The notes under the pieces are model-generated. The model was not told the origin of the DNA, ran no database searches, and saw only the letters and a list, made by a program, of their open reading frames with translations. Positions 27,961 through 41,299 of a stretch of 64,000 bases of DNA are shown here, in pieces. Both the position numbers and the translations under genes were made by a program. Position 1 is the stretch's first letter. Every line of letters starts with the position of its first letter. This DNA comes from Octopus bimaculoides (taxonomy: Eukaryota): the NCBI RefSeq assembly GCF_001194135.2, contig NC_069005.1, forward strand, positions 3,940,690-4,004,689, read 5' to 3'.

Positions 27961-29764
27961 TACCGCGCTCATTATACATATAAAATACACGTATGTAGTT
28001 CTTATTTCTAGCATATTGTGTGACCTCCCTTCAAGAAAAAAACTATGTCATCATCCAGATTTCACAAGGTCTGTGTGTGTGATAGAGAAATGGAATTTTG
28101 AAAGCAGTAAAAGAGCATTGATTAGGTATTTCACCCTTAGAAGTGTGAAAACATTTGCCTGCAGGTGGCTACAGAGAGTCGAAACCCGTCCACCTCAGAT
28201 ACCGAATACACGACCTCCGACAATAATTACCAAGAAGTGAGTGAGTGAGTAGCTAATATTATTAGCCCTTCTGTCTGCTTTTGTTAAGAGTGTTATTTTT
28301 TCTTATTATTATTGAGTAATCCTTTGTTTTTTTTCTATCAGCAATTCAGAGGGCAGTAGTTTTCCTCTCAGCAATTGACAGCACTTTTTCTCGCATCTAC
28401 GTAGTATACTATAAACAGTAGGAGATTACACAAAATGTTCATTATGGCGTTCCGTTTACGAGATATTTCTCTTTCGTTCAGAGCTACACTTAACAGATGA
28501 GAGTTTAAATATATCTGACTCTAAGCGCATGCTTATTTCTCGGTTTAGTTGATCTTGTGGAAACCAGAAACAAGGATATCTCTAGGTTTTGAGCTAGTAA
28601 ACAGACGGCAAGCTTTGATATCATTATGACCTACTTAACATACGTCTTCGACTAGACATTAACTGAGCGAATCAGTAAAGTAGAATAACTAGAAATGCTT
28701 CGACTTAAGTCTTTATTCATTGATTTTATGATTTCACTTCAACTTTCTATGAAAATCTTTAATTTCAAGCGCATCTACAGGATGCAATGTGGGAGTCTTC
28801 TCGTCAGAATCTTCGTGGGATCAGCGGAGCTAAAAAGAAAACTGAAAGCCGAAAATTAAGAGAAACACAAAATGTAAATCTATCGCGCTTTCGGCATTTT
28901 ATTTAGTGCTTATTTCTTGCTCGATAGAACAGTACCCATGTCCGAAGTAACTATTATTGAATATTCTCGGTTCAAGCCGCGAGATGTTTAGAAGAAATAC
29001 TTGTAGAACAGCAAACATGAAATTGTATTTCTTATTGTCTGTGTGTCTCTTTTCAGCATGATTATTTCGTTTTGTATACCAGGGAAAATACTTCTAATTT
29101 TGAGATAAGGCGTCAGCAAAGCCGCATATTTATTCTGCCATATCTTTTCGCCACGAAGGAGGGTTAATGTAATTTCCTTAAGGTTAATAGCAAATACAAG
29201 GGAAACATGAGCATTCCCAGATGCATGTTCCAACGACGAGTGGGTTTAGCGAATACGAGATTGTAATGAGTAATAAATGACATGCCTGAAAACAGATTTG
29301 AGATAAACTAATACTTCACTGCAAAATAAAGACGATGTTCCATGTTGTTCTACTAAAGACTACAATAACGACAACAGTTAAGACAAGTATTAAATTTCTT
29401 ACTTGAATAGAATTATTGGCTTGAGATAGCTTTCTTGTACGAGTGTTTTGCAACAAGTTATCAAGTACCCATTCATCTATCCATGCAATTAAAACCATCC
29501 TAGTATGAGGAGGTAAATAGATAAAGCAGAACAAATTTAAAATGCAAATCAACCTGATGGATGATATGAACGTTTTCATTAGATTATGTTTAGGTACAAC
29601 ACATTACGTTCAATTACATACTGTTTCTGAAAAGTAAAAAAAAAATATATATATATATATTTGAAATAACATTTTTTGAACGATAGCTGTCTGAATGGAA
29701 ATGTTTAGGGATGTAATAATTTCCACCTCAGCATATACGTAGGAATAACTATTATGCTCCTCCT

Positions 29765-29968
29765 CATGCCGAACCGCTAGGTAATGGGGACGTAAACACA
29801 ACACTGGTTGTCAAGTGGTGATGAGGGGTACAGTCACACACACACATTCAGTGTTCGTCTACCAAATCCACTAAATGTTTTGGTTGGCCTAAGGCTATAG
29901 AAGACACTTTACTAAGGTGCCGCCCAGTGGGACTGAACCCGGAACTATGAGGTTGGGAAGCAAGCTGC
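29765..29968 (-). mobile_element. SINE family B (tRNA-headed), partial
   Basis: ctaccaaatccact...aaggtgcc...cagtgggactgaacccggaac.atg.ggttgggaagcaagct. Confidence 0.8.
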
Positions 29969-30248
29969 CTATAATATTGATATTGGTTTGAAATGTAGGT
30001 ACAAAGACAGCAATTTTGTACGAATACGCTACGATTTTGTAAGAATACGTTAGTCCATTTCATGGAACACAATTTCCTCGTAGGAAATATTACTCAAGAC
30101 AAAATCTGTTTGCTTTGACAGGATTTCAACTCAACGTTGTGAGGTAGAATAAATAACCTAAGATATTTTCTAACTATTCTTTGAACTCAATGCTTTGATT
30201 ATGAATAAATGGTCTCTACGCTAAGCAAAAATCCCATCAATATTATAC

Positions 30249-30392
30249 GTAGCTTGCTTCCCAACCTCATAGTTCCGGGTTCAGTCCTACTGTGCAGCAC
30301 CTTAGTCAAGTGGCTTCTGTAGCCTTAGACCAATCAGAACATTATGTGGATTTGGTAGACGAAACTGAAAGTCTGAGTGTGACTGTGTGTGT
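30249..30392 (+). mobile_element. SINE family B, 5' part
   Basis: gtagcttgcttcccaacc...gttccgggttcagtcc...tggatttggtagacgaaactgaaag. Confidence 0.8.
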
Positions 30393-30827
30393 GAGGCGGA
30401 ACAAATATCGTAACATTTTCTAATTACTATTCGCAGTCAAAGCTTTGATTATGTATAAATGATCTCTGCTCTCAGCAAAAGTCCTATTTTGAATATAAAC
30501 AGTTTGCCGTTAACATAATGCTTCATTGCTATTTTATCATATCGGCCACAAATGATTCAATGCAAATATTTCGGTAAATCCAGAAACTAAACCGAAACGC
30601 ACTGCAAATTATTTTGCAGACCTCTGAATATTCTGCCTGCTCGAAGCCTCGTATAATATATTCCGAACTATCGTATGGATCGTAATTGCATTAAGATACT
30701 TCTTCTAAATCTATGTAAGCTATAAAAGGGTGATGCATCCTCAAGTTATTTCATTAAATGCGATTTTATTTCAATGTCCTTAAATGTGTACTTTAATACT
30801 AATAATTTTCTTTACAATCTTTTCCAG

Positions 30828-30977
30828 TTGTTCACGCAATGATCTCGTGTTCGAGTTGCGATTCACGGAGAGACAAATATTATGGAGAATGTGAGCAGTC
30901 ACCTCCGCCTCCAAAACCATGTCCTAAAAGCAGTAATTCACATTTCTGCTCTATAATAAGGGAGACAGAAATCAGTG
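30828..30977 (+). CDS. Internal coding exon of a Ly6/uPAR (three-finger, quiver/sleepless-like) protein; absent from the ORF track
   Basis: Polypyrimidine acceptor ttttctttacaatcttttccAG ends at 30827 and donor G|gtaagt starts at 30978. It is a 150-bp phase 1-1 exon. Translation: (x)VHAMISCSSCDSRRDKYYGECEQSPPPPKPCPKSSNSHFCSIIRETEIS-G. It gives the end of a signal peptide (VHA) and the first five LU-domain cysteines (CxxC ... C ... PC ... C). Confidence 0.88.
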
Positions 30978-32410
30978 GTAAGTAAACCATTATTTCCTAT
31001 TAGTATTGATTAGTCTATTGTCACTTCTAAGCTAACGGTGTTCCAACCATTATAGTCCCTACAATTTAGGATGTGCAAGATTATACGAACTGTATTGACG
31101 ATAATCAAAACGTAAGAGAAAAACTTTGAAGACTTTACTCCTGCATATTGAGTGTGAATTAAGGAAAATAACGAGGGATTTTCGTTGTTTCCTTGATTAA
31201 GATACAATGTAATTGACGGTAGATTCAGGTAAGAAACCGAGAGATATAAGCACCGGTTTGAAAAATATACTGAAATATTCTGATTTAGTAATTGATACAA
31301 ACAATGCAATGACCATGCGCGCACACACATGTGTATATTTATGTGCAAATGGCGAACAATGAGAATGATTGCACAACACTGCATTGGTTGATGAATACTG
31401 ATGCATTAATGTTAAAATTGCTTTCATGTTTAGACAATCATTTAGCCAATCACATGGAGAGATTGTTAAGATATTTTAAAATGAAACCAACGTTAGCCTT
31501 AAGACAATTTATACATAAATATATATATCTGAGTATATGCATATATACGTACATACCTACATCTAATTGTATATATCGATGCATGTCTGGGTACAGGACG
31601 TCGCAAGAAAACGCGGACAAATTAATAAACAGAGTACAGAAAACACACACGCCACATAGAACATTTCCTTCATCAGCTGCAACCATTCTAAAACTAAACG
31701 TTTCGAAGTGTTAGGGCAGGACGCATTGTTAGAGTGACTCTTCCCGCGGAAACAAATTAAATTTGTAGTGCCGAGGAATATCGTGGCGAACAGAAAACAT
31801 GACAGGAAAACGAAACCGTGAAAATAAACAAGAAGAACTAGTAGGGCCGGACGTGAGAATCGCTGTGATGACGAATAGAGACAAATCAAGCAGTTACATA
31901 CTAGACAGAAGCTTTCATCGAAAATATAAAAAAGCGGGGAGTACGTGAATAGAGATACGTGCATATCGGTAGCTACTCAATGGACCACGCTAATCCGAAA
32001 TTTATAATAGCACCTTAGTGCTGAGACATATCGGAGCTAAAACAAATTATACGCAAATAAAAGGCTCTACAATCATGCATACTAAAAACGTCACCTTATA
32101 TAATCAACTAAAGTACTAAACTAAGACATTGAATGGTGTAGGTCCTTGCGTCGATTCAGACGATGGGAATTTTTTAAAGTGTTGTCCCAGAATGGGCTGC
32201 AGTCCAATGACTGATATAGAGTATATTCCATTGTGCTTTATAAATGAAATTATTAATTGAAATACTTCCGACTCTTGAGAGAATACTTTGGACATTACAG
32301 GGAAAAGTATTGAAAATATTTGAATGTCAGATAATTTCTCCAGTGATATTTTAAAAAGGTAGGACTCGTATTCAAGGAATAATTCGAGAAAAATAGGAAA
32401 ATCAGTACAA

Positions 32411-32467
<57 letters not shown>

Positions 32468-34189
32468 AAGCTCTTACCTTCACGGTAACTTACTATGTAA
32501 ATGAAGTAAGCTACTGATAAACCCTCTACTTGCTGAAGAAAACGGTACAGTGCCATTTAGTCAGTTGGTAGAGCAACTTTTACGGAAGATCATATCAAAA
32601 AATGCGTTCTGATATCATTCAACGATAAATTATAATTTTTTTAAAAATAATATACTCTTCTTCGTGTCATGATACTGGGCTGATTCCTAGTTGGTGGTCC
32701 AAGAGGCGTCATCATGCAGAGAGCCGATCATGTTCACCTGTGCTCTGCATGTGTGTTCAGGTCATGAGGGTGATTCGTACGAATAGAAATTTTGAAGGAG
32801 GTGTCCAAACATGGCTGCAGTCTAATGACTGAAAAAGTAAAGGAACATATTACAATCACCTGCTCTGTTATGCTCTAGGAACAAAGGACTCCGAGCAGTA
32901 AATGTTTATTTTATAGAAGCCCCCAACTCTAGTGTGTGTAACGCTGATGCTTGCTGCAGGATGAAATATCGCGAGAAAAAAATATTCGATTTAAAAACTA
33001 TTTTAGTGAATTTGCTGTGTGGCATTTATTTCCAATACAAACACACGATAGAAAGAATCCATCATGCTAGAAATACCATATAAGAGATTTGTTTCCTTTA
33101 TCTATAACTATTAAAGCAATAAGGTAAAGAATGTTCGTTAAGTCGGAAGACGTATGTCATTAGTTTCCACTCTTTATATTCTGAGTTCAAATTCCACCAA
33201 GGTAAAAATTCGCCTTTCATAATTATTTTGTCGATAAAATGTAACACGTGCCATGAGCTAATGTTAACATGTTGTCTGAACTTTCAGCCAAATAGTTTCT
33301 GGTTTTGTGCTTAAATTAGAAAAACGTTATGAATTGTAGTACGAAGTATTCAACACGCCCAGAATACTAAAATAAATATATGAACGAATATTTTCTAATA
33401 CTTTCAAATTTCAATATCCTGAAAAGACATTAGGAATTCAAACAAGTTAAAATGTAAGATATTACAAATTCAATATTTCCGGTTATTATAGAAACATCAC
33501 CACAACTAAAATATATTTGGAAAAAAAAAAATGATTTACCTGTACAGTAGATATTGTAAGCCGAAGTCCTCCGATAATAATTAACATAGTAAGTACTCGT
33601 GGCGGTTTGTAATCACGTGACGCGTAGGATGAATTTTTGTTTTCGTCTTTTTTTTTTCTGCGTTTCATTATTTACATCAGGATGGTGTACGTTCGAAACT
33701 AGCATCATACAAACCCGCTACAGCTGACCAATCACATATCAAGTTAATCTGAAATTTCACTTCTTGTTAACATCTAGTCTTTTCACCTGTTGAACACGTA
33801 AGATAATAATAACGCCTAGCAGGAATCATTAGGTTATTTCAGAAAAATTTATCGAAAAATCCTGGAAGCGTAACCTGTATTGTATCTATATTTAAAAATA
33901 GTTGCTCATCTGCTAATCATTGAAAGTCGAAAGAAATTGGAATACGATGGTTATTTCATGTACTTTACATATATTCTTTATATACTTTATGCACAATTTT
34001 ATAGACTTAATAGACAGCACTCTCTCTCTCTTTCACTATTCCTCTTCGACTTTCGTTCAGCTACTCATGTGAAAGCGTTACAGACGAGCTAAGTAACGGA
34101 GGAAAAAAACTTAATTAAAAAAAAAATAATAAAATATACATTCCACCCCGCCTCTCACTCCTCCTCCTGCTCCCCTCCCTAAACATTGG

Positions 34190-34392
34190 TTTTAGTAATG
34201 CAAGCACAAGGTCAGCAATTTCGTAGGAGGGAGTAAGGCGATTATATCGACCTAAGTATTCAACTTGTACTTAGTTTACAGACTCCGAATTGATGAAAGA
34301 CGGAGTTTACCGCGGCAGAATTTGAACTCAGTATGCACACTCCGATGAAATGCCGCTAAGCATTCTGCCCGGCGCCGTAACGGTTCTGCCAA
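34190..34392 (-). mobile_element. SINE family A copy
   Basis: cggcagaatttgaactcag...gccgctaagcattctgcccggcg on the plus strand. Confidence 0.75.
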
Positions 34393-34860
34393 GGAATATT
34401 TTGACTGCAATAATTTATATCAAGTTCAATGTTATTTCTTATTGAAATTCTTTCTTTTGTTCTTTCATTCCTTTGTTTGTTTCAGTCATTTGACTGCGGC
34501 CATGCTAGAACACCGCTTTCAAAAGATTTCACTTATTTGATTGATTTTAATTTTCAAAAAGATAAAACAACTTTGGAACACATTAAACACAGAATGTAAC
34601 GACGATAGACATTTCTGTTCTTGGGTTTGGCTTATGCGCTAAAGAAGCAGTTTTCATAGCAGCTGCTCAGTTGTTTCCATCGACAGTGGCATATTACTTA
34701 AAGTCTAAAAGGAATAAATTGACCTCGGAAAGATTTGAAACTAGAAGCTAACGAGACGAAGAAACGCTGTAAGTTATTCTCTCCAACACTCAAATAGATC
34801 TATCTTAGTTCAATGGAATACTTCAGAATGAAATAGAAAAAGAAACTATAATAAAGAAAA

Positions 34861-35066
34861 TATATCTTTTCTATTCTAGACACAAGATCCAATATTTTGG
34901 GGGAGGGTACATCGATCCCAGTACGCAATTAGTGCTTAATTTATAGACCCCGAAAGGATGAAAGGCAAAGTCGACCTCGGCAGAATTTGAAGTCAGAACA
35001 TAAAGACAGACGAAATACCGCTAACCATTTTGCCCGGCGTGCTAACGTTTCTGCCAGCTCGTCGCC
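34861..35066 (-). mobile_element. SINE family A, near full-length
   Basis: gaccccgaaaggatgaaaggcaaagtcgacctcggcagaatttgaagtcagaac...ctgccagctcgtcgcc. Confidence 0.85.
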
Positions 35067-35087
35067 TTGAAAGAAATGTTTACTTCT

Positions 35088-35318
35088 CGAGCCATGCCAG
35101 GTTCATAAGGGCCCGTTTTCCAGTTTCAGTGGCGTATAAATTCCACACCTGGACGGGACGCCAATGCGTTCCAGGGTTACTCATTTTTGCCAGCTGAGTG
35201 GATTCGAGCAACATTAAATGAAGTGTTTTGCTAAAGAATACAACGCATCACCCGGTCCAGGAATCGAAACCACAATCTTAAGATCATGAGTCCAACATCC
35301 TAACCACTAAGCCAGGCG
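35088..35318 (-). mobile_element. SINE family C (tRNA head plus a CORE/Meta-like central box)
   Basis: Minus strand shows A box tggcttagtgg, B box ggtttcgattcc and the central box ttctttagcaaaacacttcattt...ccactcagctggcaaaaatgagtaa. Confidence 0.8.
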
Positions 35319-35572
35319 ACTCACCAGAGCAACTTATATTGCATTTCTTGTGGTGTGTTGAGTGAAACCGACGTTACATATCCCATTGTAATTATTAAAT
35401 CAGTTGATAAAAGAATTTCATTAAATCTAATTCAGTTTCATACATATACATTAAACTCACACACATACATCGTGTTCCTCCTTACAAATGAATTTAATTT
35501 ATATTTCATATATTTCCGACCATTGAGATACTTTCAACATTATAGGAAGAGACATCGAAAGCATTTCATATT

Positions 35573-35643
<71 letters not shown>

Positions 35644-35646
<3 letters not shown>

Positions 35647-36272
35647 AAAATTTATTTATGAGGGTATAAATGGATATTAATCAATTTGAACCAGTGGTCT
35701 AGCATATTAAAAAAATCCGAAGATTAAAATTATATTACATACAAAAATAAGAGGGATGACCATCAAAAGTGGACTCCTATATGCTAGAAATAGATGCCGA
35801 ATCATCTAGCCACGAAAAAAATATATGTTCTCAGTAAAAATTCGGTGACATAACAGACTGTAAAAGGGCAAGACAAATGAAAAAAAATACTAAATAAAAA
35901 CGATTAACCTACGCACCATGGTTTCACCTGTTACATAAGTAAATATCTGCAGGATCGTCAGCGTAGTCTGTCGATTTGCGATGTAATTTCCAGAACTAGA
36001 CACAGGACTTCTAACCGAAAGGGAGCACGTGTAGAGTTCTACAAATTACATTCAGTGTATCCTTTTAAATGTCTTCAATCTGGCGCGCTAAGTCCGGAAA
36101 TAATTCTGCAGTTAATACATTTTTGCAGCTAATTTACCGGTTTGAGAAACATTATTGTATAAAAATTTATTTATGAGTGTAGAAATGGATATTAATCAAT
36201 TCGTGGTTAGATGATTCGGCATCTATTTCTAGCATATAGGAGTCCACTTTCGCTGATCATCCCTCTTATTTT

Positions 36273-36275
<3 letters not shown>
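35644..36275. mobile_element. (TA)n-embedded element with direct and inverted terminal duplications (possibly Penelope-like)
   Basis: About 35739-35816 is the near-perfect reverse complement of about 36200-36277. A ~45-bp block at about 35645-35686 is directly repeated at about 36161-36202. (TA)n lies on both sides. Confidence 0.45.
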
Positions 36276-36315
<40 letters not shown>

Positions 36316-37994
36316 TTTCGTAATAAAATTGTGGTACCAATACAGCAATGCAAATGATTCTCCGAGTTGTAGAGTTTAATATTTTTAGTGAAATATTATT
36401 TACATTGCCTAAATATATATCATTTATTCTATATTCTGTGGCAAATAGCTGCAACGATTGCCCCTCAAATTGTTTACCAGTGACATCTGACTCGAATTTA
36501 CCCACGGTCTTAAGAAATGTAATATATTTTCCAATAAATGATATAATCCACGACTTTTCTCTCTCCGTGTGTCAACGATGGTGGACATCCATACCGAACT
36601 CTGAAAATTATTACTGTTTTTTTTCTTTGGAGAGTTAAATATACAAATGAAGTTTGGCATTTGCCTTCTAACGATTCCCTCTGATAGTGCTGTTCTAGTG
36701 CGTATTCAGTCCTACTCTTAAACCACATTATATATTGAACTCTTACAGAGAGGGTTAGCTTTTGTTATTTCAGGGTTTTTTACACGCGCTGTTTGGGTTA
36801 TACAACTTGTCTGCAGTCAGCCTTAATTCAGTTCTGTATGACATATCCAGAAAACTATTTTATGATATCTATCCAACAACTGATTTTCTTTGTAAGTACA
36901 ATCTTCGCAGGCCAACGCCAACCATTGGTAATTAGTGAGCAATATTAACTCTATATTTATCGAAAGTATTGAGTCCTGAATAACATGCATTTAACGTTTT
37001 GCCAAGAACCAGGTATCCATCTGCAATAAGCCGAATGTTCGTGGCTGGAATACCTTTAAACATACATCTACATAATCTCCGTCGACCTAAAGCTAAATGC
37101 ATAGTACAATTATTATGTATCATCCGTTTAATGAATGCACGAGGAATAATTTATGGTAGCCTTGAAATTGCAACTCAACATCAGAGTGGCATATTTGTGC
37201 AGCAATGCTTTTATATACGAGTCATTTACTTTATACAGCATTTCTAAGTGAATATGTATGAACATGTTTACATACAAAGCGCTTTCACGCCACTTACATC
37301 TTTGATCGACCTAAAGTTAAGAAAGTCAAATGTGCACTCTTTAAACATTATTTGCTAATGCCTAGCTTTCCGTTAGTATTACATTTGCAACGTCTTTGAT
37401 ATAAAGTTGTAAATTCTTTGATGGAAAATAGCTAGTTCTTTTTGATACAAAGTAGTAAACTATTTGATACGAGTAAAACATTGTTTGTTATAAATTAGAA
37501 ATGTAGTTTCTAAAAATTGTACTAACTTCTTTCATGTATAATTATGTGTGTGAATGCATGGGTGTATTTACAGGAGAATGAAACCTTTTGAAGCCATTTA
37601 ACGTTGTCAATAGCTCTTAGAAATGCAACTGTAACATTCCAACTCAATACTAGATTATTCTCTGTCGTGATATTTAGTTAACGTTGTAAGGTTTCGTTTG
37701 TCCGGAGCTGTGGATAGGTGAACAGCAGAAGGAGTCTGAGTGGAAGCCCACTCCCCTCATAGAGAATTTTGGGCTCTTTATTTCTTACACTTTAAACAAA
37801 GTAGGGCCGCCTCGATGTCATGTCTAATGGATACCTCTCTGCTGACACATTCTGTTGAAGTCCTCTCTGTGGCCGGTGAAATAAGTAACAGTTGAACAAT
37901 CTTCTTAACCCATCCACCTCGTGATTGCTGGCTAGCCTTGTGTAAACCTTTCAAACCAATACTGTATGCATCCTAAGACTAACAAGCTAATAAA

Positions 37995-38212
37995 GGTGGT
38001 AAGCTGGTTGAAATGTTAGCACTCCGAATAAAATGCTTAACACCATTTCGTCCGTCTTTACCTTCCGATTTCAAATGCCGAGGGAGATTGACTATTGCCT
38101 CATCTATTTGGTGTCGGTAAATAGGTTCTATTTGTGCACTATGGTAGTTGTAACCGACTTATGCATTCCCCCGAAATTGCTTGCCTTGTGCCAAAATTTG
38201 AAAGAAATATTA
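37995..38212 (+). mobile_element. SINE family A, full-length and diverged
   Basis: Runs from head ggtggtaagctggttgaaatgttagcac to tail ccttgtgccaaaatttgaaagaaatatt. Confidence 0.8.
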
Positions 38213-38725
38213 CCATATTAGCACAGCAATTTTCTGTTAGATATTTCCTTAAGATAACGACCGAATATATGAAGGGCGTAAATTTTCGATTTTGACTTCT
38301 GTATGAAAGTTAGAAAACAATTAAAGCAACCCGTATGACGGCTTAATGGAGTGTGCAGTATAGAAATAACCCATTGTCGGTGAACCGAGACAGTAGGATT
38401 TCGAATTACCATCGTAATTGAAAATATTTTGGTTTACGTATTCCATAAGTTTCATGCATATGAACATAACATTATAACTTACTTGCTGAACTAGGATGCA
38501 TTTGTGTTTAATTTTAGGCGACCAATGGACATTCTCAGAACAAAATGTCAAAAAAGAGAAGTATAAGTGTGTTCTGTTACTCACTTTCCTACTCAACATG
38601 GGATGTATCAGTAAAAAAAGTAATACGTTTACGGGTAAAATAATCCGGTAAAAGAACAGGGTATAATAACAAGGTATAATAACGGGGTAAAATAAGGTTT
38701 TAATGTTTTTCTGAAATAAAGACAA

Positions 38726-38946
38726 ATACTCTTTTCTACTCTAGGCACAAGGCCCGAAATTCTTGGGGATGTGGGGGTCCTGTCGATTCGATCAACCCCA
38801 GTACGCAATTGGTACATAACTTATCGACTCCGGTAGGATGAAAGGCAAAGTTAACCTGAGCTGAATTTGAACTCAGAACCTAAAGACAGACGAAATACCG
38901 CTAAATGTTTCACCTGGCGTGCTAAAGTTACTGCTAGCTCACCGCC
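38726..38946 (-). mobile_element. SINE family A, full-length
   Basis: Best-preserved copy. A-box-like tagcagt and B-box gagttcaaattc lie on the minus strand. Confidence 0.85.
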
Positions 38947-41299
38947 TTAGGAAGGGAATTTATTGTTAAATAAAAACAAATATTAACAGCTGCTGATGAT
39001 GGCGTATAAGTAGCAGCAAGAAAGGAATAAGCAGGCGTCATTTTAACAAGCAGCACTGGTGGATATGAAAAAGGCAATGGCAAATATTTTCTACAGATTT
39101 CAAGCGAGTGTGTTTGTGTTCACAACGAGAACGAAATCAACACGATTTTTTCTCAGCATAGTTTCCGGTCACAAGATTTGGCAAAGGTTATGCCATATCA
39201 GTGAGATTTTTAGGCAGGAAAAGCATGCAACGTGTGCAGAATTAATTTACAACCATTTTGTTATTTGTGAAGAATAAATTGCATTAACTGGAATTAGATA
39301 AAAAAGAAGGAAAGCCATGCTTTATTGCGAAAATAAATTAAAAGGAACATTATTTCAACGTTAGTGTAACGCATTATTAATTCTCGTTTTGATGCATAAA
39401 CCAATGATAATTATAATCCTAATGATAATACTAACACCAACCATATTGAACTAAAACCTGTATCGCTTGTTTTATTTGTCGATGATATTTTTGTTCCATA
39501 TAAAATATCGACCATTTATTAAGGTGTAAAGTAAGGAATGGAGAATTTTATGTGTTTGATATTAATTAGAAAGTATTAAGTCAAATGGGGTAGAATAACG
39601 GTTCAGCTTGCAACGCAACCTTGAAGCAACTTCCTTAGCAAAGCTGTGAAGATATTTAAGTTTTAAACGAGGATGATATCGATAATACATAATCAGTCTG
39701 TGGGAGTACATTATTATTCAGAACATGCCTGATCGATTGATCGAAATTGAATTGACTAAACAGAAACAGGTAATGATTCAAATGAGGAAATAATTATGAT
39801 GACCCAGATTATCTTTACTTACGTACATGACACATGCAATCCTCACGTTCACACGCTAAGTATATTATCATATAAAGAAATTTCCTTATTAAATATCCTG
39901 CAATTACTTGAGTAAATCTTTATAGTAAATCGCATATTGGTATACATGCCTGCATAATTAAGTTTGCTGCACAACGATTTATAGCAGATGCATAAAGTCA
40001 TATGTCTTGGGGTGAATGGTATAGACGATCTTATTTACGGCTCTCGTTCGTGAATATATAAAAACATAACGGTGACCTGAATGCACTCCGAAACCAGAAA
40101 GTAATATCATGTAAACTAAATGCTACAAAATATAATGCCCACCGAACTGGCATCTCTGCCTACGCTGCTTTCTGTCTGGTATTTGTTCTAGCTTCATATT
40201 CCCTTCCTTTACACCGTTCAAAAGTAGTTTATTTAATGGATATCAAAACTCCAATGGTCCACTTCTATAGGTTACGTATAGTTACAAGGCCAAGACGAAT
40301 ATTGGTAGATCTTGAAAAAGTAAGGTAACATATGTTTTTGTCAACATGCCTATAACACGCCACTATTGAACCATGGTTTTTTTTTTTCATAAACCAAGTA
40401 GCAACCATCATCCGATCCACATCAAACTTAACAGACCGGATAATGCAGACTATTTTTGCATTCTTAAGTAAATTCTTCATCGAAATGTAAGTTATGTTAT
40501 ACGATGGTTCTTATTGAATAGAATTCTTTGGAAGAACTGCGCACCTATTTGAGAATGTGTTTGAAAACCGGAAAAAAACCCTTCTGAGTGGTGTATAAAT
40601 TACTGAAGGAAATAGGAGGCCGTACGTTTGATGATATTGTAAGCGAAGTAGTACTTTTAAAGACAACGTTTCTCTACGAGTAGTGGAACTTCAGTCACAC
40701 GTCAATTCTGAGCTAATCTTCAATCGAGTAGCAACCTGCTACTTTCTTGGCTTGTAATTGTGGTGGTCGTCGGTAATGTTTTACTTCTTTAACAATCACT
40801 CAAGTACTGTTTCTGTGTCTGCTTCATATGACAAAATTTTCAACTGGGATATTTAATTGTTTCAGGCTGAAACTGGCTACACTTTCGATGGAGGGAAATT
40901 TGCAAGTGGTTGTAGTTCTAACGAGTTCGGTGGCATTTTTATTGGATATATCTTACAATAATATTCCTTTTCCTCCATTTAGCTATTTATTAATCTGCAA
41001 AATAGTTTTTATATCATATTCCCTTCTGCCAATCCTGTTCTTGTTAGTGTCGGCATCTTAAAGTAGTTACTTTTTTTTTTCTGATGTTAAGATAAAATCA
41101 TTTTGCATTCGGTTGAATAAACTTGTTTTCTTGGAAGATGTGCTTAAGTATTTGAAACTATTTAAGCTGCAAGTTCTTTCAGATAGAATTTGCTTAATCT
41201 TTTTCTACGCTTGCAGTATCTTCTTAATGTCTTTTCACACACACACATATATATATATAATTTTATTTCTAAGATACTACTTTTTCTTATGCGTGTTCC

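Noticed and set aside
31640-31720. Minus-strand cgaaacgtt...ctgatgaagg (possible type II hammerhead)
   Set aside because: Stems I and III cannot be formed in the required geometry.
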